Assembly: GCF_009914755.1 (NCBI RefSeq)
Contig: NC_060928.1
DNA length: 64,000 bases
Direction: 5' to 3' (one strand)
From: the human T2T-CHM13v2.0 reference genome, Homo sapiens
The notes below the pieces were generated by a model. The model had not been told where the DNA came from, searched no databases, and was given only the letters and a program-made list of their open reading frames with translations. Below, one piece after another: positions 1 to 16,219 of this stretch (position 1 is the stretch's first letter; each line of letters opens with the position of its first letter). A program made the position numbers and the translations under genes.

Positions 1-466
1 GAGTGAAATAATGTAGAAAGTCAACAGCCTCTAAATATCCTCTCCCCCACAAAAGTTCTGCTCTTGTTGGAGATTTTTAAAAATAGAACAAAAGGTTATC
101 ACTCCCACCAGCAGACACAATGTCCTAATGTCTCCAACCAAAAGTTCTCTTCTTTGACCCTGCTTCCTCCTCTAATTACCATCATATGGCTAATGGCATT
201 GCCCTTCACCCTATCGTATCTCCTCATCCCTGAAGGGAGAAGGAGAGGGACCTTTTGGTATAATAATGCATCCAAGTCTTCTTTCATTATAAGAATGCAC
301 CATGCTCCTCCCAGGTTGCACTGAGTGGAACCAATAATCTGGAGGTGAAACAAAGTGGGACAAAAGGAAAGTGCACAGAGGCGAGAAAGAGCAAAATTGA
401 GATGCTGACATATTACACCAGAAAATAGAACATTTCCGGCTGTAGCTGGTACTGCTGGTTATTTCA

Positions 467-861
467 TGATATGGTTTGGATCTGTGTCCCCACCCAAATC
501 TCATGTCAAATTGTAATCTCCAATGTTGGAGGTGGGGGCCTGGTGGGAAGTGATTGGATTATGGGCAAATTTTCCCCTTTGGTGCTGTTCTTGTGATCGA
601 ATTTTCATAAGATCTGGTTGTTTGAAAGTGTATAGCACCTCCTCCTCTCTTCCTCCTTCTCTGGCCATGTGAGATGTCTTGCTCCTCCTTCACCTTCAGC
701 CATGATTGAAAGTTTCCTGAGGCCTCCCCAGGAGCTGAGCAGATGCCAGCAACATGATTCCTACACAACCTGCAGAACTGTGAGCCAATTAAACCTCTTT
801 TTTTGGTAAACTAGCCAGTCTCAGGAATTTCTTTATAGCTGTGTGAAAATGGACTAATATA
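467..861 (+). mobile_element. MaLR solo LTR (MSTA/MSTB-like)
   Basis: Starts TGATATGGTTTGGATCTGTGTCCCCACCCAAATCTCATG and ends GAAAATGGACTAATATA; contains the typical GAGCCAATTAAACCTCTTTT region. Subfamily from memory. Confidence 0.85.
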
Positions 862-881
862 TCTCCTAACATCTTTTCTCT

Positions 882-988
882 CCTCTGTGAAATGAGGATA
901 AAGTATCTACCTTGTAGGGTTGTTATGAGGAATAAATCGGTTAATGTATGTAAAGTGCTTAAAACAGTGCCTGGCATATATTAAGCAT
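882..988 (+). mobile_element. MIR SINE fragment
   Basis: MIR core/3' motif ...GTTGTTATGAGGAATAAA...ATGTAAAGTGCTTAAAACAGTGCCTGGCATAT. Confidence 0.75.
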
Positions 989-1354
989 CATGTGTTTCAT
1001 ATTCATTACTTCCATACCTGTTTATACTTTCACTACATATGTGTGCATCCATAAACATATGTGGTACAATTTTGTGTTTTACAAGTTTGAATAAATTGAA
1101 CCATACTAGATCCATCAATTTGCAACTATTAATATATGTATTTTTTAGTTTATTCATTTTTATTGATGTGTAATATTCCATTGTATAAATAACTGCAACT
1201 TAACTTTCTCCTTTTTTTGTGCATTTAGGCTGTTTCTAGTCTCTGCTATTATGAATAATTACATTGTAAATATTCTTATATGTCTCCTTATAAACATTGT
1301 GTATAGATGGAAATAGAAGTTTAAGCCAGGATGTGGAAGTTCAGCTACAAAACC

Positions 1355-2095
1355 TACTTCCCAGCCTGCTTTGCAATTAAAGATGGCCATGTGACTAGGA
1401 TCTGGCCAATGGGATTTGAGTGAAAGAGATATGTGTAAATTTCTCACACATTCTCTCGTTGTAAGGGCATGTTAAAGGGAAGAATTGTGTCCTTCCCTTG
1501 CTTTCTGACTGGAATGTGGATGGTGGGGGCAGTTAGAGCAGCTCTCTTGGGCTATCTTATCGACTGAATTGTGTCCCTGCCAAATGTATATGTTGAAGCC
1601 GTAAGTCCCAACATGACTGTATTTGAAGATATGGCCTATAGGGAGATGATTAAGGTTAAATAAAGTTACAAAGGTGGGACCCTAATCCAATAGGACTAGT
1701 GTCCTTTAAGAAGAGGCACCCAGAGGAAAGATCAGGTGAGGACACAGTGAGAAGGTAGCCATTTGCAAGCCAGAAAGAGAGACCTCACCAGAAACCAACT
1801 CTGTTGACACCTTGGTCTTGGACTTCTAGCCTTCTGAACTGTGAGAAAATGAGTTTCTGTTGTTTAAGCCACCAAGTCTGTGGCATTCTGTTATGGCAGC
1901 CTAATACAGGCATGAGATAGAAGTCACACATTGAGGATGACAGGACAACAAAATTAGAAGGAACCTGGGTTCATGGTGGCTGTGAAGTTGCCATGCCAAC
2001 CTTGGATTACCTTCCTGAGGTTCTACATGAGAGTGCACAAGCTTCTGTTATTTGGGGGTCTTTATTAAAGCCTCGAAGCATGTATCCAAATTTAC
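1355..2095. mobile_element. Old ERVL-type LTR (LTR33-like), split by an MLT1 insertion
   Basis: TTCCCAGCCT...GGCCATGTGACTAGGATCTGGCCAATGGG motif; sequence resumes after 1908 (CATGAGATAGAAGTCACACATTGAGGATG). Confidence 0.55.
1555..1908 (+). mobile_element. MLT1A0/MLT1B-like MaLR LTR
   Basis: GACTGAATTGTGTCCC...TGTTGAAGCC...AAGGTTAAAT...GACACAGTGAGAAGG...TGTTTAAGCCACC...GCAGCCTAATACA. Confidence 0.8.
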
Positions 2096-3329
2096 ACAGC
2101 AACTCTCCTGGATAAAGAAGGATTGGTTCAAAGTGAAACATTCCTATGTTGTATGTTTATAATTAGCTATAGCGTTTAACTTAACTGTATGGTAATGTTA
2201 GTTAATAGTGCATCCATAGTGAAATAAATCATTTTAAGACATACTTTTTGGCTTACAACCCAGTTAAGATCCCTAACAGAATATCAAATACATAAACAAT
2301 TATTTGAAATAAAGTGATGGCCACTAAATATATGTTCTCTAAACTAGTATCCACACAGTGATGTTTTAGTGCTTTCTTGTAGCTACCTGCTCCTTCATCT
2401 TCCATTTTGTAGAAAAAGAGATGGTACTGGAGATTAAGAATGTGTACCTGGAAAAGGATGGGTATCCATTGTGTCTGTGATGCTTCCAATCTGTAGTCTC
2501 ATACACCCTCAAGAAACTAAGCAGAGATGTGAAAATCATGATCCACAACTGTTGTCCTCAGAAACATCAAAAAAAGAATTTATGATGATGGACAGAATTT
2601 TTGAAGTAGCTTAAATTTATTATACTGGTTGGTTGTCTTTGATAAGGAACTAAAGGTTTAAGTCAGTTCTCAGACTATGCAGACACAGACAGTAAAACGT
2701 ATCCTTAAAATTTCATAAAAGCAACAAAGTTAATATTATTGAAATAATTTCTGAAGTTGATAGAAGGGATATGTTGAGACAATTTATGATGTGGTGCATG
2801 GAAACCTCTCCTGTATTGCAATTCTGAAGAATGGCCTGGCAGACCATGAGCTATTTATACAGTGCACATGTGTGTATATAAAACACACTTACAGACTTTG
2901 TGCATGATTTGTCTTCCACCTCTCCAAAGTCCTCTTCAGAACCAGGGATCTCTGCATTTGCTTATTTCCTGTGACATTTGCTATTTCTCTGCATCTGGCC
3001 CTGTTTCTTCTCTCACAGTTTATAATAACCATCCCACCCGTTAAAGATATATGGACAGCCACCCCCTCCAATTGTTAATATTGCTCTTAAAATGGATGGC
3101 AAGGTCTCTGCTGAGTATGTTAAGGAGTCATAAAATCAAGTCTAAACTTTCAATTTGTCACTCTTGGAGTGTGGGAACCTGACCTCTGATATAAAGTCTA
3201 TCTCTTATCCTTCCATCTCAAAGTTTTCTTTCTTCAGTTTTTTTTAATAAACATACAGTTATTGAGTGACTTGTGGCAGATGTGGTGTTAGACTGCTTTG
3301 CATACATTGTCTTACTTAAAACACAAGAG

Positions 3330-3872
3330 TAGACTCTGTTGGTATTGTCTATCCAATATCACATGCTCTCTTATTTCTTACTAACAAAACTTGAATTTTG
3401 CAGAAGAAATGATATATACAGAATTTTGCAGAAAAAGATATATACTTGCTTTTCCTACCCTCTTTTGCTGGTAGGCATAACTGTGTCAGACATGACTGTG
3501 CCACCAGCTGGCCAGTGAGTAGAAGGATACTGCTGTAGAGAGGTGGTTCTGAAGCGGCATTTGCTTTCTTGATAAAGGGAACAGAGATAGCTGGCATTAC
3601 TGCATCTTCTTTCTGCCTAAAACCCAGACGTGATGGCTGGAGCTGTTGCAACCATCTTGCAGTGGTGAAGATGTCAGCCATAATATCACTGAGCTGTTGA
3701 ACCTACGTAAGCAGCTGTCTGAACTAACTGCCAAGATTGACATCCTTGAACTTCTGAACCTGTGTCAGCAGCTGCCAAGTTCCAAACTTCATATTATGAA
3801 TAAATAAAACTAGCAACTCCTTGTTTAAGTTTCTATAGTCAGATTTTGTTATTTGCAGTTATCCTAATTGAT
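3330..3872. mobile_element. Old ERVL-type LTR (LTR33-like)
   Basis: GATGGCTGGAGCTGTTGCAACCATCTTG and TTGTTTAAG...TTTTGTTATTTGCAG motifs. Confidence 0.45.
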
Positions 3873-4499
3873 ACAACTCACAATGACACTGAAGTTGGTT
3901 TTAATTCTGCTCAGTCTATCTTTTTTCTTCTTTTCCTCTCCTTTACTGTATTCTCAGTCCATTTGTTTCTCCTCTCAGCTCTGTTTATCCTGATCCCTTT
4001 CCATCCAGTGTTTCTACTTGATTTAATTTTCTTTTTGAGTTTTTCTTCCTTGCTCTGTTTCTTCCTGGAGTCTATAGAGGCCTGTCCTGTCCATCTATTG
4101 TATGATGAAATCTGACTTGGTCCAGGGAAATCAGTGATGTGGCTTTGATGTCCTTGTGGCCAGCCTTTCTGAGGTTACCCTAACCATGACACATACATAC
4201 TCCTAGCTGGTTAAGGTAAGATAAGAACAGAGTTTTCCTTAGGTCTTCGAAAAGTATCCTGTAAAGAGCAATGATTTCCATGCTCTATGTGTACCCTCAC
4301 AATACTGCTGCTGGTTGCCTACCTAATAGTCATTCCCTTGTCCTTCCTTCCTAGCCGAACCCTCATATTTTTCTCTGATAATTGAGGCAGTTTGTGCTGA
4401 TAGAATGAAGGCCCCGCCTCCAGCCACAAGAAATGATCTATAACTATTCAAAGAATAATGCTAATCCCATTTCCCTTGACTGAAATAGACCATTTCCAT

Positions 4500-5985
4500 C
4501 TATTCATTCATGCAGTCAACCTTTTCTATTAGCACCTTCAACATATGAATCCTAGTTATTTTTAAGTCCCCTTGTGATAATCCCAGCATCTCTAAGCTGT
4601 CTGTGTTGATTGCTTTATCTCTTAACGATGGGACTTTTCCCCCCCTTGCTTGTTTATGTCTCATAATTTCTACTGAATGCCAAGCATTGTGTTTGAAGAA
4701 TGGTAGGGGCTGAAGTGAATGGTATTCATGCCCAGAAATGGCCATGCCTCTTCTTCTGTCAAGCTGTTAGTGTGGGGGAGTTGAGATAGGTCTGGGTTTT
4801 GTTACTGCTATCATTACTTGTAGTGTACCACAGACTTCGGATTCCTCTGGTGGGATGCTGTCTTTAGTTCTTGCTCAGTGGGAGGCCTTGGGTACTAGAG
4901 TAAGTTTTTCTGCTTTTGCTCCACTCTCAGATTTCAACTGTTCTTGCATGGTGGTTCCATGGAGGGATTTGCTTTCCCTGTTCTTGATCCTCTTCTTGCA
5001 GTAGACTACTGTCACTTTTCACCTGGTGCTAGGTTCTTGATTGGGTGGGGATGGGACCTTCTCAATTTTTCTAGTCCAGCCTCAGTCTTAGGTAGAAACA
5101 GTGCACCTTGGCTTCTTCCTCTCCCTTTACTGCCCATGGCCCCAAACTCTGTCTCCTATTGGTGTGTACCCTTAGGTAGGAGAGATTTTTCCTATACCCT
5201 CCCCAGAAGCAGCAGAACTCTGCCTTGTTTTGGTACAAGATCCTGGGGCCAAGAGGTTTTCTTGCTCCTTCTCTAGGGGCAGATTGTTTTTGTTTCTATT
5301 CCTCCCCTAGAAGCAGTAGATCTTTGCCTGGTTGCCAGGGCCAGGAAGGAGGCATTTATATACCCCTTACCCAGAGGCAGATGGGTTTTCCTTATACCCC
5401 TCCCCAGGAGCTCTTCGGAGAAGTTTTTGCTGCATTTTCCCCAGTGGTATAAGACTTTAGCTTTGTATGACAGAAAGGTTAGGGGAAATATATAGTGCTT
5501 GCTACCTCTTCTCCAATGGCACTTGATCCCTTCCTACAAACCTGGGCCACTGAGAGGTACTGTCTCTGGTCTCCTACCCTGCCTTCAGTCTCCATGAGCC
5601 CCTGTTAGAGGCCCATGAAGAGCTTGAGAGAGAGAGAGCTTCCCTTGTGTCTACAGCTCCTCATATACAAGCCCACACTAAGTCTTTAGGAATTTGTTAA
5701 CATTTTGGCTTTCTTCTTACTCACTTCTATGGCAGCCACCTTTTCTCCCTATGCATTGCCAAAAAAATGAAACAGTCTATGTATCTCATTTCTCCTAGGA
5801 GAGTCTTGTCGATTTTTGGCATTCAATTTCTTTGGTTGTCTTGAGACCTCAGCTCTCTGAGGGGCTTAAGAAAAGTTATGATTTTATAGATTATCCAGAT
5901 TTTTCTCACTGTTAGTAGGAGAGCAATGTACTCTTGCGGTTTTCTATACTCTAGGTAGAGCCAGAACTTTGAGAAACCTTAGCTG
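4500..5985 (-). mobile_element. Ancient L1M 5' region with an ORF1 N-terminal remnant
   Basis: Minus-strand peptide EMLGLSQGDLKITRIHMLKVLIEKVDCMNE resembles old L1 ORF1 coiled coil (MLELSDKDFKITMINMLKAL.EKVD.MQE); 5'UTR-like sequence lies to the right. Confidence 0.6.
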
Positions 5986-5994
5986 TTTTAAATA

Positions 5995-6752
5995 TAAAAT
6001 TTGTCCAAAATCTGCCCACTTCTCACCATTTTTACCACCCGCATCCTGATCTCACCCAGCATCATCTCTCACTTGCTTTATTACAAAATCTTTCCAACCA
6101 GAGTCCCTGCTTTTCTTCATGCTTTGAATGCAGTCTTTTCTCAACACAGTGGCCAGAGTGATGCTTTTAAAACATAAATCAGATCATGACATGTTTTTTT
6201 TTTCTCCAAAACCTTCCAAGGATACCCCACCTAAAATAAAAACCGAAGTCCTTTAAGGAGGATAGAGGGTGTAAGGCACAGCCCTCTCCCTCACTCCCTG
6301 TGTCCCAGTCACGTGGCTGCTTGCTGTGCCTTGCACACATCAGGCACATTCTAGCCTTAAGTGTTTGCAATGGCAGTTCCCCTCCCTGGAACTCCCTCTC
6401 CCCAGGTACCTGCACCATTGCTCTCCTCTCACCCCCTTCACATCTATTCTGAAAAGACTCCCCTGGCAATGCTATTTAAATTGCTGCCCACCCACTCCCC
6501 ACACCTCCAGTCTTGCTTATTCTGATCTACTTGTTCTTTTTCTGCATCACATTTATCATCTTCTAACATATTATGTAATTTACTTATTTTAGTCATTTTT
6601 GCTTATTTTCTATCTCCCTCTGCTAAACTGTCAACTCCAAAAGTAGAGGAATTATTATCTGTTTTGTTTTATGATGCATTTTAAGTATCTAGAACCACAC
6701 CTGGAACATAGCAGGTGCTCTCCTAAATATTTGTGGAATCAATGAATAAATG
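5995..6752 (+). mobile_element. L2 (L2a-like) 3' portion
   Basis: CCACTTCTCACCA...GCCAGAGTGATGCTTTTAAAACATAAATCAGATCATG...; ends CAGGTGCTC...AAATATTTGTGGAATCAATGAATAAATG. Confidence 0.75.
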
Positions 6753-8789
6753 TTCATGGTGGTATTATTTGTGGACTGGGTTGCTGAAGGCAATCTGTCT
6801 CCATAATTGGGACAGTGGTGGGTAAGTGTTGAGGTTGTATATCATGAAATATATAACATAATACAATATGTAAAAGTTAAAATGCATATGCACAAAAATT
6901 ATTCATTTTGCAAACACACATACATGCAAAAATATATATTAAACATGTTAGGATGGATGGTGGTAGGGAAGGACAATGTGAGTGTGGAAGGGAGATAGGA
7001 GGAAACACATAAGGAAGAAAGAAAAGTGGAAGGAAGGGAAAGAATGGAATAGACTTCCCAAAGACAAATTAAAATAATGCATCGTGAAACGAGGAATGGG
7101 AATTAATTCAATACAAGGCATGTGAGGTTAAAAAAATGCATTTCAGAACTTTTATTAACTCAAATTACTCTTCCCCTCTGTGAATCAGAACAGAAGTTTA
7201 CTGTGATTTAACTTCTCAGGTGGGGAATTTGTGGTTCAGGTTGAGTGATGTAGGAGCTAAGACTCAGAAGACCTAAGACTGCACCTCATGAAGGGGCACT
7301 GTGATGCCCCTTGTCTGCAAGTGATTTATAGCATTGCTACTATGGCTGAGTCAGCCAGCTCTACAACTTATTTCTTGAAGCTCTTTAACTTGTCCCAAGA
7401 TTGATAGGTTTTCCGTCTCTAACCTAAGCTGTTTCTTTCCCTCCCTCTTATATCGTCTACCAATAAAATGTTTTCAAGCCAAGGGCAAAATTATCATGTA
7501 ACTTTCTTTTTGCTGTTTGAAATCAATTATGGGCTTTTTGGGAGTTTATGAAGTTACCTACATACATAAAGCAATAAACAAGCTGAATCAAACAAATCCC
7601 AAGTAAAGAGGCTGGTCATTAAGAGACACTGAATGGAAGGGGCTCAGTCCCATGTGGTTCATATATTCTGAAGCTTTCCTGGAATAGAGCTTCACATTTC
7701 TCTGAACAGGAGACATGCAAGTATTTATTATGAAACTCTCTTATTCTGATCTGCATGGGACATTTTGTTCCTAATAACATGAAGCTGGTCCTTATCTCAA
7801 CCAATTCTTTACATGCTTGTGTTTTACTTTATTTTATTTATACCCCAAACACTAAAAGAAATTATTTTACTGCCTTTCATAAAGAGATACATCAGGGAAG
7901 TGGGGTGTGAGAAGGAAGCTCTGCTGTTTAGGAAATGAGAGCCCGGCCGGGGACTGGGTCCCTCTAGCCTCAGTGTGAGCTCATTCAAAGCACGTCTGAG
8001 AGTTAAGAGATGGGGCTGTGCCCTTAAACAGAAACGATCACAAAGATCCATGATGAGTTCTTCCAGCAGATGGGGAAACTGAGGTTAGGATTGAATGGAA
8101 GGATTTTGAGGGTGAAGCTAGCAAAAGGAAATGTACTTACTCAGAAAGGGAATGGGTTGTGAGTCTCCTGCATTTCTTCTCCCTCCCTAGGTGCTGACAA
8201 AGCAAGTCTTCCCAAGGTTTCCAGGATAAATGGCCCAGAAACATATGGAATATATTTTCCCAGAAACTCAAATGTCTTTCAAGCTGAAGTGGAAAACTGC
8301 TCTGAAAATACACACCAGAGGTTACCTTTGGGCCCCAATTCATCCAAACACATTTTAAAATATTTTGCTGATTTTTAAAAACTAAGCAAATTTATAGACT
8401 TGAATATGTCCTTCGCACAAAGAATAAATAACAGTCACTGGTAGGTTTTTAACCCTTTATGTGAATTTCCCTTATTGTAGCAGGCCGGGCCAAGGCCCCA
8501 GGTACCCATGGTCTGGGGAGAGTTTCTAGGAATTGTGGGTTATTGCTGGCAGCTGCTTCTATCTGCTCTCGTGACCTTTCTTCCCTCCCTCTTCTCCAGC
8601 AAGGGTGCCATCAGCACAGCTTGCCACAGAGGGAGTGTGCCTCAAGAGAGGAGGTGACGGGAGAAGTCATTCATTCATGCAAAACCATACGTTCATTCAT
8701 TCATTCCTTCATCCAGCAAATATTTCTCAAACACTTAATATGTGCCAGGCACTTAAGGTGCTGGTCATTTCGTCTTCTGTTGAGCTGGG

Positions 8790-9238
8790 CTGCATTCGAT
8801 TGCTAGGACTACTGTAACAAGCTGGTGGCTTACATAACAGAAGTGTATTGTCTCACAGTTCTTGAGGCTACAAGCCCAAGATCAAGGTGTTGGCAGGGTC
8901 ACTTCCTTCTGAGGGATGTCAAAGAGAGAATCTGTTCCATGACTCTCCTCTAGCCTCTGGTGCTTTGCTGGCAATTTTTGGCATTCGTTGGCTTACAGAA
9001 ACATTACTTTGATCTCTGCCTTCATCTTCACATGATGTTCTTCCTGTGTGTGTGTGTTTGTTTCCAAATTTTCTTTTTTTATAAAGACATCAGTCACATT
9101 GTAATTAAGGTCTACCTTAATGGTTTCATTGTAACCTGATTAACCCTATAAAGGTTCTTTCTCTAACTGAGGTCACATTCTGGGGTATTGGGGGTAGGAT
9201 TTCAACATATGAATTCGGGAGGCACATAATCCATGATA
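8790..9238 (-). mobile_element. MLT1C-like MaLR LTR
   Basis: ACAGAAGTGTATTGTCTCACAGTTCT...AAGATCAAGGTGTTGGCAGGG...GGTCACATTCTG...GATTTCAACATATGAATT. Confidence 0.75.
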
Positions 9239-10489
9239 TGGACTAAGCAATATCAGACTGGCTGATCGTGTCCTGTGTATCCAACCCTTTGAGCTATAAG
9301 AGAATAGCCTCTCTGCACAACCATCTTCTCTGGAACTTGGGAGCCAAGAGTCCCCAGAAATGCCCCCAAGAAGTAGAAGTTATATCTAGGAGGCATACTT
9401 GGACCTCGGGATCTCATTAGTGGCTTCGCCAAAAGACCACGGTAAAAAACCTACTCCCAATTTGATTAAGAAGATTAGCAAGTTGCCTGGAGTCCCCATT
9501 CCTCTTCTAAGACAGGAGAGAGAAGCAGGTACCCTAAGCAGCAGTGTGGCTTCAAATGCCCTGGGCTACTAGCTTTTTTTTTTGGCATTAAGTAAAATGT
9601 GATTTGCATATAATTCTTTTCTCTAACCAACAAATCATTATAATTTGCTCTGGGAGAGCCAAGGTGAGTTTAACAAAATTAATATGTTGTCTACTGGAAA
9701 GAAAAATATTCTAAAATGTTATTTTCAGGTCTCTTTAGGCAGTGTTAAACATTTGTATCATACTCAGATTCAGGGGATCAGAAAATTTTAGAGCTGAAGG
9801 TGTCTTTAGAAATCAACTCATCGAGTTTTTACACTGAACTCAGGAAGCAGTTAGCCTGGAGAGAAGGCTTATTCAAGGTAACAGTCAAGGCAGAACTTGC
9901 TATGTGCCCAAGATGCTGAGCACTCTCTGAAGATCTTCCTGTTTTCAGGAATGGCTGCTAAGTGGTGAGATGAGATGTGAATGCAGGGACTGCAGCTCTG
10001 GAGCCTGACTCTTAACCACTATGCAGTAGTCATTAGGGAAGCACTGGGTTTTTGCAGCCAGACCTCCTGACCCCGCTCCAGTGTTTTTCCACAATCCCAC
10101 CCAGCTTTCTATCTTGCCTTACTCCAGCCCACTGTGCATACAACTGCTAGGACAATCTCTGTAAAGTACAACCCTCATCATAATATTTTCTGCTTACAAA
10201 CCTGCAATCACTTTCTCTTGCTGACTGAGGTTAGTACAAATTCCTCACTTTGTATTGAATGTCTGTGACAAAAATTTCTAGTCTTGTTTCTTAGAGTTTC
10301 CTTGCACTCCTAAACTCTTAAGCCAAACTTGGCTGCAAACACTTCTCTAAAAGGAGCCTGTTTCTTCTGCCTTTTCCCAAGCTGTTTCCTAGACCTGGAG
10401 AGCCCTCCTTCCCTTTCCTTTAGAATAGTCTAAAAGTCCCTTTATTTTTCTTTTTTCTTGTTCTTCTAATAGATATAATTTAATGTGCC

Positions 10490-10965
10490 AGAGGCTGCTG
10501 ATTGCCTGTCAATATCTATTTTCCCTTTCACCTTTTAGAAATAGAATCTTTGAGTTTTGCTAGTCATATAGCTCCTTGGAATGAAGGCGTTTCCCAGCTT
10601 CCATCATAACTCAGTGTCCAAGGAGCTGTGACCAGAAGCAAGGTGTACAACAACTGCGTCACACCTAAGAGAAGGAAGTACGTCTTCCCTCTCCTTCTCC
10701 CTCTTTCCACTAGATGAAATACAGACCAAGGTGGTGTGTTGGGGAGCTATACAGTCTTTAGCCATGCAGATAAAGGCAACAACATGAGACAGCAGAGCCG
10801 AGAGTTAGATGGAACCTGGGCCCCAACAAAATGGACCTGTCATATAAGCCCTGGACTCCCTGTGCTCAGACCATTAAGTATGAGGAAAAAATATTTCTAT
10901 CTTGTTTAATTCTCTGGTTTTGGTATTTCTTGGCTGTCTTTGTTACAGTAGCCAATCTGTATCCT
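10490..10965. mobile_element. Old ERVL-type LTR (LTR33-like)
   Basis: TTTCCCAGCTTCC..., GGAACCTGGGCCCC, and CTTGTTTAA...TTTGTTACAGTAGC motifs. Confidence 0.45.
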
Positions 10966-10980
10966 TAGAAATACATTCTT

Positions 10981-11340
10981 ATGATGAGTTCATGTCCTTT
11001 GCAGGAGCATGGATGAAGCTAGAAGCCATCATTCTCAGCAAACTAACACAGGAACAGAAAACCAAACACCGCATGTTCTCACTCATAAGTGGGAGTTGAA
11101 CAATGAGAACACTTGGACACAGGGAGGGGAACATCACACACCAGGGCCTGTCAGGGGTTGGGGGGCAAGGGAGGGAGAACATTAGTACAAGTACCTAATG
11201 CATGCGGGGCTGAAGACCTAGATCATGAGTTGATAGGTGCAGCAAACCACCATGGCACATGTATACCTATGTAGCAAACATGCACATTCTGCACATGTAT
11301 CCCAGAACTTGAAGAACTTAAAGTAAAAAAAGAAAAGAAA
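10981..11340 (+). mobile_element. 5'-truncated L1PA (PA7-PA10-like) 3' end with A-tail
   Basis: ORF2 C-terminus FMSFAGAWMKLEAIILSKLTQEQKTKHRMFSLISGS, 3'UTR and A-rich tail; degenerate TSD AGAAATACATTCTT (10967-10980) / AGAAATATAGTCTC (11341-11354). Confidence 0.9.
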
Positions 11341-11429
11341 AGAAATATAGTCTCACTTCTTTGATCATCTACACCCCTCTGAGTTTTTCCTAAAGGATTT
11401 CTTAAATTTACCATGTAGCAGAGTAAACA

Positions 11430-11590
11430 TGGAATTTGAAGCTAGATAGCCCTGGCTTTGAATCCCAGCTCCACCACTTCTCAGCTGGGTGGCTCCAGCC
11501 TACTTGCTTAGTCTCTCTGAGCTTCAGTTTCTTTACCTGCAAGCACTGAAGACAACAGTCCATGGAGTAACTTTCCACTATTCTGAGCTG
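11430..11590 (+). mobile_element. MIR fragment
   Basis: TTTGAATCCCAGCTCCACCACTT...CTCTCTGAGCTTCAGTTTCTTTACCTGCAA. Confidence 0.7.
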
Positions 11591-12264
11591 CCTCTCTAGG
11601 GTGATTTTCATCTGGCTGTGTGGACCTCATGAGTCACTCTTCTCCACTATAGGAAAATACCAACCACAGAAACCAAAATGTTCACATCTGCTACTCAGGC
11701 ACCCTCTCCCACGAAGCAAGCTGGAAATGCTGACACATTCTGCAGCTCTCCCTTGGCTGTAATCTGGGCAGACCATCACCCCTCTGTTTGTAGATGCAAG
11801 GCTATGATTCACCCTTCCTCAATCCAATTCCTTACATAAAGAGATTATTATAATTCCAAATTCCCAGCTTATTCTTCATACACTCATAGATGCTTAGAGT
11901 TACAAGGCACTTGAGGGTCTTGTGGTCCAATCTTCCCTCTGAAATCAGTGCGGCCCTGGTGAGGACTTCCTCCACAGCCTGTCTCACCAACAGGCATCTT
12001 GCCTCTGCTGAATGTGCCTACTTGTCACATGGCAGCCTGTTCTATTTTTTGACAGCAAAATCATTATAAGGTTCTTCCTGATACCTTTATTTAGTCCCAT
12101 TTCTGGAAGGCTCATTACTTAAAAATGTTAACCCAGGATGGAATAATTCAGAGACTGTGCTCTACAGAGAGCTAATCTAATTTCTTGTATACATCTTTAT
12201 TGATGTCAATTTTGGGAGACTTATCTTCATCATCTTCTTCATCTTCTACTATCTCACACATGGC

Positions 12265-12530
12265 TAGTGGTTTTCAAATGTTTCTAATCAAGCATCTCTA
12301 TCAGTAAATACTTTTTGAGCATGTCTCTCCAAACATATCCATATTTATTTATATAATAATATATGTATTACTGTGTTAGCATTTTAGAAAATGAATGAGA
12401 CACATATAAAAATAGATATTAAAGATGATAAGAAAAATGTAAATGTGAGTTCAAATAGTTCCTGCTCGCATTTCAAGGGATCATCTTGCACATCCCCTGG
12501 GCTGCAGATCTCTCTCTTTGGAAATGACTG
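12265..12530. mobile_element. hAT-Charlie-type MITE
   Basis: Imperfect terminal inverted repeats TAGTGGTTTTCAAA ... TTTGGAAATGACTG around an AT-rich core; family not resolved. Confidence 0.45.
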
Positions 12531-12699
12531 AGCTATTCATGATGCCCCTCCTCACCAGCATACAAGCCCTATATGAGGACAGAGATTCTGTCTTATGTTC
12601 TCTGTTGTGCCCGGTGCTTAGAACAATGTCTGGCTTAGAACAGTATCTGGTGCACAGGACACATTCTGTAACTTTTTTTTAATCAATCAGTGATTCCCA

Positions 12700-15125
<2,426 letters not shown>

Positions 15126-15883
15126 AATTTATATGTTTACCTCAATTACCCAAGAAGAAACATAGGCAGTCATTCTAGTTTTTTTCTGCTCAAGACATTT
15201 TCTTCTCCCACAACATGGGTCAGCAAGTCCTTTGGCCTACTCTCCCAACATCTCTTAAATCCATCCTCTCTTGTCCTCCAATTCCCATCCTTCCCACAAT
15301 TTTTTTCTCTATACCATTTCCAGAGAGGTCTTAAAACATAAGTCCAATTGGATCTCTCTTCTGCTTAAGAGGCTTCAGTAGCTCTCCATCACCTGAAGAA
15401 GGAAGCCCAAACTCCATACTATGATGTGATCTGGAGTCTGTCTGTATTTCCAACCTGGTTTCATGTCACTCCTTTTTCCACATATGTCCTATGTACCCAG
15501 ACAATTTGCATCCATTGAACCCAGGCTACTTGAAGTTCCCACATGAAAACATTCTTTTGCTTACACTGTTCCCTCTACTTGAGTGCTTTTCTCTCTTTTT
15601 AAAGCCTGACCAAGTACTACTTATTCTTTAAGCACAAAATCACCTCTTCCCAATTTCTGAAAGCAAAGAGGATTCACCCTCTGTGTTCTCAAAAAACCAT
15701 ACCTGGTTAGTATTTTTATGGTTGTTGTTGTTTTACCTGAATGTCTTATTCAGTCACTTATTTATTCAAAAAATAAGTATATTCTTATTGAGCAACTACT
15801 ATATGCTAGGCACTATCCTAGGCACTAGGGATACAGTTGGATACAAAACAGGTAAAACATTTGCTTTCAAGAAGCAAAGGGAT

Positions 15884-16187
15884 GGTCTGGCATGGTGGCT
15901 TATGTCTGTAGTCCCAGCACTTTGGGCAGCTGAGGTGGGCAGATCATCTGAGGATAGGAGTTCGAGACCAGCCTGGCCAACATGGTGAAATTCTGTCTCT
16001 ACTAAAGATACAAAAATTAGCTGGGCATGGTGGCATGCGCTTGTAATCCCAGCTACTTGGGAGGCTGAGGCAGAGAATCGCTTGAACCTGGGAGGTGGAG
16101 GTTACAGTGAGCAGAGATTGCGCCACTGTACTGCAGCCTGGGAGACAGAGCGAGACTCTATCTCAAAAAAAAAAAAAAAAAAAAAAA
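15884..16187 (+). mobile_element. Alu (AluS-type), full length
   Basis: Dimeric Alu with long pure A tail; flanked by AAGAAGCAAAG. Confidence 0.97.
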
Positions 16188-16219
16188 AAGAAGCAAAAGA
16201 AGCAAAGAAGCAAAGCGGA

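Noticed and set aside
2390-2860. Purine-rich, coding-looking stretch after TTTTGTAG (EKEMVLEIKNVYLEKDG...)
   Set aside because: Stops in all frames and no protein family I can recognise. It could be a very old pseudogene or transposon fossil; a tBLASTx/Dfam search would be needed.
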